Of a stretch of 64,000 bases of DNA, positions 37,410 to 45,866 are shown piece after piece (positions within the stretch are counted from its first letter, which is position 1; each line of letters starts with the position of its first letter). A program made the position numbers and the translations under genes. Under the pieces are notes generated by a model, which did no database searches, had not been told where the DNA came from, and saw only the letters and a program-made list of their open reading frames with translations. Origin of the DNA: Dehalococcoidia bacterium (GTDB taxonomy: Bacteria; Chloroflexota; Dehalococcoidia; Lucifugimonadales; UBA3495); the NCBI GenBank assembly GCA_965199995.1, contig OZ241328.1, positions 716,627 to 780,626 on the forward strand. The letters run 5' to 3'.

Positions 37410-38367
37410 TGGACAAGGGGATGCCGGAACGCTGGCGATGCCAGCGCGGGGGCGCAATTATTGGGCCATATCCTTGCGGCGGCTGCTGTCCAACAAGATA
37501 GGCGTCGCCTGCCTGAGCATCATCCTGTTGCTGTACGGCGCGGGGATTCTGGCCCCTCTGGTGACGCCCTACAGTTACAACGACCAGGACTTGGCCAACG
37601 TCAAACAATCCCCCAGCCTGGCGCACCCCTTCGGTACTGACCGGCTGGGCCGCGACATCCTAACCCGCGTTATCTATGGTCTACGAACCACTGTCATCCT
37701 GACCGTGGCGACAGTTGCCACCGGCAGTCTGGTTCTGGGCATATCCCTGGGACTGGCGGCAGGTTACTTCGGTAAGCTGATTGACACCGTAATTATGAGG
37801 GCAGGGGAAATAAGCACCTCCTTCCCGGAGGTGTTCCTGGTGCTGATTATGGTGTCCACCCTGCGGCCGCCGATGCGGGAATGGCTGCGCGGGGTGGAAG
37901 ATACGCTGGGAGTGGAAATCATCAAGCTGGGCATAGCCGACTACTTCGCGCTGTCGCTGGCTCTGGCCATATTTTCCTGGTTCGGCATGGCGCGGCTGGT
38001 GCGGGGGCAAGTGTTGCAGGCCAGGGAAGAGCAATATGTGGACGCCGCCCGTTCCATAGGCTGCCATACGCCCCGGTTGCTGTTCCGCCACGTCCTGCCC
38101 AACGTGATGGGACCGGTGATCATAACGTTATCCGCCAGCTTGGGAGCCGTGGCCGGCGCCGAGATGTTCATTAGCTTTCTCGGCATTGGCATCCAGCCGC
38201 CGACTCCCAGCCTAGGAGTGATGATTTTCGAGAACGGCAGTCTCTCGGTCTTGCGGACTACCCCGCACCTACTGCTGTTCCCGGCGGGAGTGGTGATAGT
38301 ACTGCTGTTTACATTCAACTTGCTGGGCGACGCAGTGAGCGACGCCTTTAATCCCAGGACGCGGTAG
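37399..38367 (+). CDS. ABC transporter permease (DppC/OppC-like)
   Basis: 322 aa; multi-TM; EQYVDAARSIGCHTPRLLFRHVLPN loop. Overlaps the upstream permease by 11 nt. Confidence 0.85.
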   Translation: MQRSGQGDAGTLAMPARGRNYWAISLRRLLSNKIGVACLSIILLLYGAGILAPLVTPYSYNDQDLANVKQSPSLAHPFGTDRLGRDILTRVIYGLRTTVILTVATVATGSLVLGISLGLAAGYFGKLIDTVIMRAGEISTSFPEVFLVLIMVSTLRPPMREWLRGVEDTLGVEIIKLGIADYFALSLALAIFSWFGMARLVRGQVLQAREEQYVDAARSIGCHTPRLLFRHVLPNVMGPVIITLSASLGAVAGAEMFISFLGIGIQPPTPSLGVMIFENGSLSVLRTTPHLLLFPAGVVIVLLFTFNLLGDAVSDAFNPRTR

Positions 38368-39871
38368 ATTTCCCTTCACCGTTCCTGTTCCGCCGCCGGA
38401 GGAAGGGCAGCGCGCCCATGCCCAAGGTCCCGGCCATCAGCGCCAGCATCCCCAGCCCGTTGGACGCTGTTCCCTCCGGCGGCGCGGAGCATCCCGACGC
38501 CCCGCTGCCGCCCTCGTCGCCTTCCGCCCCGGGTGCCTGTTGGGGCGCGGTGGTGGACTCTGCGGCGGGAGCCGCCGGCTCCGGGGTAGACTCTTCCGGC
38601 TCGGAAGACTCGGCGGACGACGCCACTGGGGCGGGCGTTTCTTCCGTAACAGCCGGTTCCACTCCGCTTCCGGCTTCCTCGTTTGTTCCGCCAGCTTCTT
38701 CCGCCTCTTGCAGCCGGCTCTCCATCTCTTCCGGCGAGGGCAACGGCTCGAGGCCTAGCGACAGCCGCCACTCCGTGTCCATCCCGTACTGGTCAACGCC
38801 GTAGACCTGGAGCAGCGCAGCGTCTATATCCTGAGTCTGGCGAACCACGTCGAAAAGCTGGGAAATGCGGTCTTCGCCCCATCTCTGAACCATAAACTCA
38901 ACTACCGACTTGCCCTGCCCATAGGCGATTAGAATGTCCTCCGGCTCGCCGGTGAAAGACCGCAAGTACCACAGCGGACGGATGCGGCGAGTGTAGATGC
39001 CGTATCGCAGGGCTGCATCGTAATCGTCGGTTTGGTCGATGTTGCCGTACTCCGCCAGCCCCTCGTTGAGCCACGTCGGGATTGCCGAGGCGGTGCCGCC
39101 CGCCGCTTCCGCCACCAGCAGATGCGTGAACTCGTGGGAAACCGTGCCGGTTACGGTGGGGTCGAACCCGTGGATTAGCAACACTCGCTCGTTGGAGAAG
39201 GCCATGCCCTGGGCCACCAGGTCCTGATTTACCGCCGCCGAGCGAAAGGGGAGGGCCGCGGACATATGACGGTAGTTGTTGTAGGTCACAATCCGCAGCG
39301 GTTCCTTGGGGGCGATTCCCAGCACCTTCACCATGTTGTCCATGGTCTCTCGGGCCGCGTCGAGGATAGTGTTCGCCCGCTCCTCCACGTACTCGCTGTA
39401 GTAGTAGACGGTAATCAGGTCATCGGATATGGTGAGCCACTGGAACCGGCTGTCGGTGTATACAAACTCGGTTTCCTCGGTGCGCGCCACGCCGCCCGCT
39501 TGGTCGCGGATCTCGAAGCGGTAGGTAATCTTCGTGCCGGGCGGGAAGTAGCCCCCGGCGCCGGAAGTGGATACCAAGGTTTCGCCTTCGATGCTCTCGC
39601 TGGGCTCGAACTCAAAAGACCGGTAGGCGCTGCGCCCGCTTTGGTCGGCCTTCTTGAAGAAAACTCTTACTTCGTCAATGATTCCCGGGCTTTCCGCGGC
39701 TACGCGAAACAATATCCCATCGGGGAAACTGCTCTCGGCGGTGGCCTCCACCACCTTGACGTCTCCCTCATCGGCGGACGCCAGCCAGGGCGCCGCTAGA
39801 GCCCCAAAGCCCAAGGTTATCAGAATTGCCATGAGCCGCAGACTTGCGGCTGTTGCTATGTGTCCAGTCAT
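38348..39871 (-). CDS. Secreted MA-clan zinc metallopeptidase with a C-terminal sorting-signal-like tail
   Basis: 507 aa; signal peptide; HEFTHLL ... WLNEGLAEY (HExxH plus a downstream E); acidic/Pro linker; tail GCSAPP..LGMLALMAGTLGMGALPFLRRRNR. Confidence 0.7.
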   Translation of the reverse strand: MTGHIATAASLRLMAILITLGFGALAAPWLASADEGDVKVVEATAESSFPDGILFRVAAESPGIIDEVRVFFKKADQSGRSAYRSFEFEPSESIEGETLVSTSGAGGYFPPGTKITYRFEIRDQAGGVARTEETEFVYTDSRFQWLTISDDLITVYYYSEYVEERANTILDAARETMDNMVKVLGIAPKEPLRIVTYNNYRHMSAALPFRSAAVNQDLVAQGMAFSNERVLLIHGFDPTVTGTVSHEFTHLLVAEAAGGTASAIPTWLNEGLAEYGNIDQTDDYDAALRYGIYTRRIRPLWYLRSFTGEPEDILIAYGQGKSVVEFMVQRWGEDRISQLFDVVRQTQDIDAALLQVYGVDQYGMDTEWRLSLGLEPLPSPEEMESRLQEAEEAGGTNEEAGSGVEPAVTEETPAPVASSAESSEPEESTPEPAAPAAESTTAPQQAPGAEGDEGGSGASGCSAPPEGTASNGLGMLALMAGTLGMGALPFLRRRNRNGEGKSTASWD

Positions 39872-39991
39872 TTTGCGCTTCCTTAGAACGGCGGGTTGAG
39901 TTTACTACAAACTCAGGACAATGGCATTTTGACTCAGCATATCCCGTTATTCCCCCGTCCGCTCTCCCCCGCTACCTACGCCCACTCCCCC

Positions 39992-40016
39992 GTCATTCCC
40001 GCGAAAGCGGGAATCC
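39992..40016. repeat. REP-like hairpin GTCATTCCCGC-GAAA-GCGGGAATCC
   Basis: Perfect 8-bp stem with a tetraloop; followed by GCTATCGCATTTGA, which is related to the flanks of other copies. Confidence 0.8.
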
Positions 40017-40129
40017 ATCTCAGGGCTATCGCATTTGAAATTTCAGGCCGGTTATACTCCTGTGGAAATAAGAGAACGTAAGGCGAAATTCGTTGAATTT
40101 TTGCTCATATAATATTTGATTCAAGCACT

Positions 40130-40182
40130 GGATTCCCGCGAAAGCGGGAATGACGGGTATTAAGCCGCTCATATGCGATTGC
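40130..40182. repeat. REP-like hairpin GGATTCCCGC-GAAA-GCGGGAATGAC plus conserved flank
   Basis: The flank GGGTATTAAGCCGCTCATATGCGATTGC aligns with 61108-61136 (GGGTATTAGGCCACTCAAATGCGATAGCC). Confidence 0.8.
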
Positions 40183-40344
40183 ATTGGAATCCATTTGAGG
40201 TCAACTTGACTGTCAAATAGGCGTTGCCTACAATCAACTGCCGGAATCCTTAATGCCGTAATCCGGTAAAAGCCCGCCCTGATTGAACGTTGCCGGGTTG
40301 CTGTCCCCCTCTTTCCTAGAGCTTTCGCAAGGGGTGTAATAAAG

Positions 40345-41097
40345 ATGGCGATTAGAGTTGGCCAGGTCATTCAGCTAAGTTTCGAGCCTTTCTACATTGA
40401 CATGGAGCGGCGTGGAGTGGAACTGCGCCCCATCGGCCTGAATGACGTGGCCGAGGCCATGAGAGAGGGCGAGATAGACGGCGGGCCTGTGCCTCTCACC
40501 GACAGCTTCGAGATGGATGAGTTTGCAACTCCTATTGCCGGTTTCTGCCTGTCTTCCTCCACCCGTTCCGGCAGCAACCTGTTCTACTCCCGCATGCCTA
40601 TTGAGGAACTGGACGGAGGGCGCGTTGCCTTGTCGGAAGTTGACCCCACAACGGTGCAACTGTTGCAGGTGTTGTTGGCGAAGAAGTACCAGAAAGACGT
40701 CCCGCAATTGGTGCAGACTGCCGACGAACATGATGCGCTGGTCATCTCCGGCGATGCTGCCCTGCGCCGCCGCCGGGGTATGCGCGGTTACGGCCATCGC
40801 TACGACCTGGGCGAGGAATGGAATCGTTTTACCGACCTGCCCTTTGTTTTCGCCCGCTGGATGCGCCGCAGCGAGATGGAACGAAGGGACTCGATGTTGC
40901 TGGAAGACACGCTATATGTGGGCCTTGAAGAGGGGGTAGACAGCCTATTCCACCTCTCAGAACCTCGCGAGAACCTCCTGATGCTGGCCCGGGATGTGAT
41001 GGAGTACATCATCGGCTACCGCTATTTCGTGGGCCTTTCCGAACAGAAATCCATAGACCTCTTCCGTGGGTATCGCGACCAGGTAGTGGCCTCTTAG
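40345..41097 (+). CDS. MqnA-family (chorismate dehydratase-like, COG1427/PF02621) protein
   Basis: 250 aa; IRVGQV.., DALVISGDAALRRR, YDLGEEWNRFTDLPFVFARWMRR. These match the MqnA signature DLGxxW..TGLPFVFAxW. Confidence 0.7.
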   Translation: MAIRVGQVIQLSFEPFYIDMERRGVELRPIGLNDVAEAMREGEIDGGPVPLTDSFEMDEFATPIAGFCLSSSTRSGSNLFYSRMPIEELDGGRVALSEVDPTTVQLLQVLLAKKYQKDVPQLVQTADEHDALVISGDAALRRRRGMRGYGHRYDLGEEWNRFTDLPFVFARWMRRSEMERRDSMLLEDTLYVGLEEGVDSLFHLSEPRENLLMLARDVMEYIIGYRYFVGLSEQKSIDLFRGYRDQVVAS

Positions 41098-41098
41098 C

Positions 41099-41998
41099 TT
41101 GTCGCAACCAGCGAGTTCTCCCGAGAGTTTAGCCGTGGTTAAGGTTCTTGATTCCTGTTACGAATCCACGGGCCGTCCCGGTTTTATCTGCGACTTTTCG
41201 CCTCCCCGTTCCGGTAGCATAAACGAGGCGAGGCGGGCCGATATCCACGCCGATTTCATTTCCGTGGCCTACAACCCCGGGCGGGCGGTTCGAGCCAACT
41301 CCGCGTTTCTGGCCGCCGCCATTCGCCGCGAGACCGGCAAGGAGACCATTTTCACTCTCGCCTCTCGAGACATGAACCGGCTGGCGATTCAGTCGCTGTT
41401 GCTGGGCGCGCAGATGCTGGGACTGGAAAACGTGGTGGTGGTTCAAGGAGACCAATTCAACGATAGAGACCGGGCACTGCTGGCAGTGAACGGCTACCGC
41501 CCTACAGAACTTATCTCTGGGATTCTCGCCATGAACGAGGGGCTAGATTTCCGGGGTTCCAACCTTCAGGAGCCTACGACGTTCTGTATCGGGGCAACTT
41601 TCGACTTGGGACGGGGTATTGACCGCGAAGCGGCGCTGGCGGCGCGAAAAATAGAAGCCGGAGCCGACTTCCTGGTATCGCAGCCCATTTTCGACCCGGA
41701 GGACGCCCGCCGTTTCCGCGACAGCTATCATCAGCAAAGGGGCGTGGCCCTGGATGTTCCGGTGTTCTATGGCCTGCAAATCCTGGAGCCGGGCGGGGTG
41801 CTGTTCAGTAGCGTTCCCGAGGGCGTTCGGGCAGAGCTGGATGCTGGCCGTCCCGGTGGGGACATTGCCATGGAGCTATATGGCAGGTTCCAAGAAGCCG
41901 GCCTGCGCAACGTGTATCTGATGCCCCCGATACGCCGGGGCGGCGCGCGGGATTACGGGGCGGCGCGAGATTTCCTGGAGCGGGTAACGGCAGAGTAA
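41099..41998 (+). CDS. Methylenetetrahydrofolate reductase (MetF/MTHFR)-like protein
   Basis: 299 aa, TTG start 1 nt after the upstream stop. FICDFSPPRSG, ISVAYNPGRAVRANS and LGLENVVVVQGD follow the MTHFR pattern (FxxExxPPr ... vtyg ... rGD). Confidence 0.65.
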   Translation: MSQPASSPESLAVVKVLDSCYESTGRPGFICDFSPPRSGSINEARRADIHADFISVAYNPGRAVRANSAFLAAAIRRETGKETIFTLASRDMNRLAIQSLLLGAQMLGLENVVVVQGDQFNDRDRALLAVNGYRPTELISGILAMNEGLDFRGSNLQEPTTFCIGATFDLGRGIDREAALAARKIEAGADFLVSQPIFDPEDARRFRDSYHQQRGVALDVPVFYGLQILEPGGVLFSSVPEGVRAELDAGRPGGDIAMELYGRFQEAGLRNVYLMPPIRRGGARDYGAARDFLERVTAE

Positions 41999-42396
41999 CA
42001 AGGAGTATTTCGGCCCGGGCTCGTTTGTTCTGGTCGCCGCCGTTCAGGTCCCTGGCAGGATTACCCGGCATCGGAGAGAACAACCGCGGCGTCCGCCTCG
42101 GCGACTTGCTGGTATCAATGCTTGCCGGGCATTGCAGCTATGGGTCAAGCATCGACATCTTGAATGAGCAATCTTCCAGGTCATCCTCAATTTCCTCTAG
42201 CTTGGTGATTTTATCGTCAGCCGCGTCGTGGGCTTCGGACAGATAGAAATCATCCTCAAATCGCCGCGGATCTCCTCTGCCTCTTCCCGCATGGACTAAT
42301 GATTGTTAAAGCCTCATCAATCAGCGCTTTTGCTTTAGCCAGTTGTTGTTGGCCCTGCTTAGGCCGTTCTCTACTTGCCATGATTTTCCTTCCGAA

Positions 42397-42430
42397 CAAA
42401 CAAGGGCGCGAGGTTTTGCGCCCTTGTTTG
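42397..42430 (-). terminator. Hairpin terminator downstream of the ThDP-enzyme gene
   Basis: Perfect 13-bp stem CAAACAAGGGCGC / GCGCCCTTGTTTG with an 8-nt loop; the stem ends in a T-rich run in the minus-strand reading. Confidence 0.55.
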
Positions 42431-42472
42431 ATTATGGAGTGTTTGGTAACAGAAATGGAAATACCTCGCAAC

Positions 42473-44149
42473 CTACGGCGCCCACGGCGCCGGTGCCAGG
42501 CTGTCCATTGAGTCGGTGACCACGTCTACCACCGCCGGGCGGCCCGACGCAAACGCCTGCTCTAGAGCGCTCTGAATTTCGCCGGGGCGCTCCACGCGGA
42601 TGCCGAAGCAGCCGATGGACTCCGCCACACGGGCGAAATTGGTGTCTGTGAAGCTCCAGAGTTCCTCAGGGCTGCCGCCCTCCAGACCGGCGTAGGCGCG
42701 CTGATCGCCGCGCTGGTCCTGGCTGAGGGCGCTGTTGTTGTTGATGACCGTTACCACGTTGATGTTGTTGCGCACCGCCGTTTCCAATTCGGCGATGTGA
42801 TACCAGAATCCGCCGTCGCCGCTGAAGCAGAGCACCGGGCGGTCGGGCAGGGCGCACTTGGCCCCCATAGCCGCCGAGAGCCCCCAGCCCAGCGATCCGG
42901 CGCAGCGGATGTAGCCTTGCGTCGAGTGGTTGAAGTCAATCATGCTGCCAGTCCAGATTCCCGAGTGCCCGGTGTCGGCCACCAGCATGGCGTCGGAGGG
43001 CAGGAACTGGGTGATTTCATGGCAGAGCCGCTCTGGGATGATAGGTATCGCGTCCGAGTTGGCGCGGGGGGCTACGTCGTCGCGCCATTCCTGGACCAAT
43101 TGTTGCGCCCGGCCCACCCAGTCGGCGCGGCCGCCGATGGGTTCCAGCACCTCGATCATGCGGCGCAGGGTGGCCTTGGCGTCGCCGTGCATCGCCACTT
43201 CGGCGGGATATGTGCGGCCCAGCTCTCTGGGGTCTATGTCTACCTGAATTACACGGACGCCGGGCGAGGGTACCCGCCACTCGTTGGTGACCTGGCTGCC
43301 GGTATGGCTGCCTATGTAGAAGACCAGGTCGGCCTCGCTGACCACCCGGTTAGCGCACCAGCGGGAATAGGAGCCGACGACGCCCACGGCCAGGGGGTGG
43401 TTGTCGGTAATGGTTCCCTTGGCGTTCAGGGATGTGGCAACCGGAATTTGAAGCATTTCGGCCAGCTCCACGACTTCCTGTTGCGCCTCTGATGATGTTA
43501 CGCCGCCGCCGGCCACGATGACCGGACGCTGCGCTCCTGCCAGCGCCCTTGCCGCCGCCCGCACGCTCTCCGGGTCGGCCTCGGGCCGGAAGGCGGGACG
43601 TTGGGCGAAGGCGGCCTCGAACATCACCTCGAAGTCGCCTTCGGCCTCGGTGGCATAGTCGCCGGTCATGCCCTGAATGTCCAGATGAACCGGCGCGGGT
43701 GCTCCGGTGGTGGCCTCCCGGAAAGCCTGGCGCAGCAAGTGGGGCAGTTGCTCGGCGTTGTCCACCACCGCACTAAACTTGGTGACCGAGGCGAAGGGTT
43801 TGGAATGCTCGATTTCCTGGTAGGCGTTCCTGTACTGCTCGTCGCTGCGTTTGTGTCCGGTTAGGGCGATGACCGGGGATAGCCCCAGGTAGGCGTCCTG
43901 CAATCCGGCGGCCAGGTTGGCCGCCCCCACCGACTGGGCCATGCAAACGCCCGGCTTGCCCGAGGCGCGGGCGTATCCGTCGGCCATATAGGCGGCGGCC
44001 TTTTCGCCGTGGGTGATGACCCGCTTGATGCCGATGAGGTCCATCTCGGCCAAAGCCCGCCTCAGGATGGCCGGCACTAAGAAAACGTGGGTAACGCCGT
44101 AGGCCTTGAGAGTGTCGGCCATAAATTTCGCGCCAGTCATACGCGCCAT
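42473..44149 (-). CDS. Thiamine-diphosphate-dependent enzyme (acetolactate synthase large-subunit-like family)
   Basis: MARMTGAKFMADTLKAYGVTHVFLVPA N-terminus and ThDP-binding block CFSGDGGFWYHIAELETAVRNNINVVTVINNN. ATG 44149 follows GGGAGA. Confidence 0.8.
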   Translation of the reverse strand: MARMTGAKFMADTLKAYGVTHVFLVPAILRRALAEMDLIGIKRVITHGEKAAAYMADGYARASGKPGVCMAQSVGAANLAAGLQDAYLGLSPVIALTGHKRSDEQYRNAYQEIEHSKPFASVTKFSAVVDNAEQLPHLLRQAFREATTGAPAPVHLDIQGMTGDYATEAEGDFEVMFEAAFAQRPAFRPEADPESVRAAARALAGAQRPVIVAGGGVTSSEAQQEVVELAEMLQIPVATSLNAKGTITDNHPLAVGVVGSYSRWCANRVVSEADLVFYIGSHTGSQVTNEWRVPSPGVRVIQVDIDPRELGRTYPAEVAMHGDAKATLRRMIEVLEPIGGRADWVGRAQQLVQEWRDDVAPRANSDAIPIIPERLCHEITQFLPSDAMLVADTGHSGIWTGSMIDFNHSTQGYIRCAGSLGWGLSAAMGAKCALPDRPVLCFSGDGGFWYHIAELETAVRNNINVVTVINNNSALSQDQRGDQRAYAGLEGGSPEELWSFTDTNFARVAESIGCFGIRVERPGEIQSALEQAFASGRPAVVDVVTDSMDSLAPAPWAP

Positions 44150-44263
44150 GTCGTTATCTCCCGTTGCTGGAAATGGGATGGAATCTTTTGAAGCAAGACG
44201 CAAAGGCGCAAAGGATTTGGATACCGGAAGGACATTGTGTCTTTGCGCCCTTGCGCCGAAAAG

Positions 44264-44578
44264 TTAAATGCCCCGCTCTTCAAACACCTCTTTGGCGACG
44301 CGGGCGGCATTGGCGGCGGTAGGCCAGCCGCCATAGAAGGCCATGTGGCAGATTATCTCGGAAATCTCCTCCTTGGTGACGCCGTTGTCCAGCGCGCGCC
44401 CGATGTGTCCGCGAAGCTGGTCGGTGCGATAAAGGACGATGAGGCTGGCGACGGTAATCATGCTACGGTCGCGTTTGGACAATTCAGGGCGCTCCCAAAC
44501 GTCGCCGAACAGCACATCGGCGCTCAGTTCTCCCAGTTTGGGCGAAATTTCTGCGGTAACGGTTCTTGCGGTAGTCAT
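44264..44578 (-). CDS. Carboxymuconolactone decarboxylase (AhpD-like) family protein
   Basis: 104 aa; LSKRDRSMITVASLI...GVTKEEISEIICHMAFYGGWP. Confidence 0.8.
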   Translation of the reverse strand: MTTARTVTAEISPKLGELSADVLFGDVWERPELSKRDRSMITVASLIVLYRTDQLRGHIGRALDNGVTKEEISEIICHMAFYGGWPTAANAARVAKEVFEERGI

Positions 44579-44620
44579 AGCTGGACTCCTTAATTATTGG
44601 CAATTGAGTCGCGATTATTT

Positions 44621-44663
44621 GTCTGAATCAGAATTTATTCGGATAGGAAAATTCTGATTCAGA
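44621..44663. repeat. Inverted repeat GTCTGAATCAGAATTT / AAATTCTGATTCAGAC (16-bp arms, 11-nt loop)
   Basis: Read directly. The right arm overlaps the SDR stop codon, and the termini match the 48579-48650 element. Confidence 0.8.
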
Positions 44664-45441
44664 CTATACCCGGCCCCCAGGTGACGCCGAACTCGGCCCG
44701 CTCAACGCGGCGTCCGGTGAAGTCTGCCGCTTTCACTTGGGCCAGCCAGAGGGCCGCCTCACGGATAGTTTCGGGCTGATCCATGGGTATAGCCGCGGTG
44801 CCGGGCCAATGGCCGCGGCGGTTCATCCATGTGTCCACCTTGCCGGGGCTGAGGACGTTGACCGCGATGTTGTGTTCGCGCACTTCCTCGGCCAGACTGG
44901 TATAGGCCCGGTCCAGGGCGGCTTTGGTCATGGAGTAGCCGACGCGCCCCGGGCGATAGCCTTGCGACGCGCCGGAAGTGATGCAGAATATCGCCCCGCC
45001 GCTTTTCTGGGCGATCATCGCGGGCAGAGCATACTTGCAAAGCAGGATGGGGGCGCGGATGTTGGTCGCCATGGCCCGGTCCAGCAGGTCTTCGTCAATC
45101 TCGGTCACCGGCGACTCGCAGTCTATGCCCGCGTTGGACACCACCACGTCAATACGCCCGAAGTGCTGCAAAGTTTCCGCTACCAGCCTTTGCAGGTCGT
45201 CGGCGGAGGTCACGTCGCACTGTACCGGCAGGGCCTCCCCGCCGGCTTGGGCAATGGCACGGGCTGTGTCGTTGATGTCGCCGGCGGCGTACTTCGGCCA
45301 CTCGGATTGCGCCGATATGTCGGCAGTGGTGCGGGAGGCCACTACCACCTGGGCGCCGGCCTCGCCGTAGGCCAGGCAAATTTGTCGGCCTATGCCCCGG
45401 CTGCCGCCCGTTACAATGGCGACCTTGCCTTTCAGCGCCAT
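44659..45441 (-). CDS. SDR family oxidoreductase
   Basis: 260 aa; KGKVAIVTGGSRGIGRQI, NAG motif VSNAGI, YSMTKAAL (YxxxK). Confidence 0.85.
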   Translation of the reverse strand: MALKGKVAIVTGGSRGIGRQICLAYGEAGAQVVVASRTTADISAQSEWPKYAAGDINDTARAIAQAGGEALPVQCDVTSADDLQRLVAETLQHFGRIDVVVSNAGIDCESPVTEIDEDLLDRAMATNIRAPILLCKYALPAMIAQKSGGAIFCITSGASQGYRPGRVGYSMTKAALDRAYTSLAEEVREHNIAVNVLSPGKVDTWMNRRGHWPGTAAIPMDQPETIREAALWLAQVKAADFTGRRVERAEFGVTWGPGIV

Positions 45442-45866
45442 CAGGCCGCCGGACGGAAGTAAGGAAGGGTGATGTTGTCGTCCAAGGCCCGGAAAACCAC
45501 TTCAACGGCCATGCCCACTTTGATATGCTCGGGGTCGGGCTCGCACTCGATCAGGTTGGAGGGCATCCGCGGCCCTTCTTCCAGCTCAACGATAATCGGC
45601 ACGTAGGGAGCGCGGTCGCGGAAGGGCGGCGTCGGCCCGCGATGCACTATGGCGAAGGTGTGGATGATGCCCCGCCCGCTGCTTTGGATCCAGTCGGTGT
45701 CGCGGGAAAAGCAGCCTGGGCAGATGTCGCGGGGGTAGAAAAAGGCCTTGCCGCTGTGTTTGCAATACCGCAGCCACAACTCCCCCTCCCTGCACTTCTC
45801 GAAATAGAAATCCGACTCCGGCTGCGGCGTGGGCGCCGGAATCGGCGGCAACTGTTGCTGGGTCAT
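45441..45866 (-). CDS. Zn-ribbon/OB-fold protein (DUF35 family)
   Basis: CKHSGKAFFYPRDICPGC zinc ribbon followed by an OB fold (GRGIIHTFAIVH..). ATG 45866 is preferred over 46037. The stop overlaps the SDR ATG (TGATG). Confidence 0.75.
   Translation of the reverse strand: MTQQQLPPIPAPTPQPESDFYFEKCREGELWLRYCKHSGKAFFYPRDICPGCFSRDTDWIQSSGRGIIHTFAIVHRGPTPPFRDRAPYVPIIVELEEGPRMPSNLIECEPDPEHIKVGMAVEVVFRALDDNITLPYFRPAA

Noticed and set aside
39844-40081. Small ORFs encoding ..PRHSRESGNP.. and ..VIPAKAGIH..
   Set aside because: These are translations of the palindromic REP hairpin in two frames. The same peptides recur wherever the repeat occurs (49809-50357, 60928-61276), so they are repeat artefacts, not genes.
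42140-42381. Small minus-strand coiled-coil ORF (MASRERPKQGQQQLAKAKALIDEALTII..), continued in other frames as ..EDDFYLSEAHDAADDKITKLEEIEDDLEDC..
   Set aside because: It may be another decayed small gene just after the terminator. The segments are short, need one or two frameshifts and match nothing I recognise, so there is not enough support to annotate it.
44737-45462. 241-aa plus-strand ORF
   Set aside because: It is antisense to the SDR gene.
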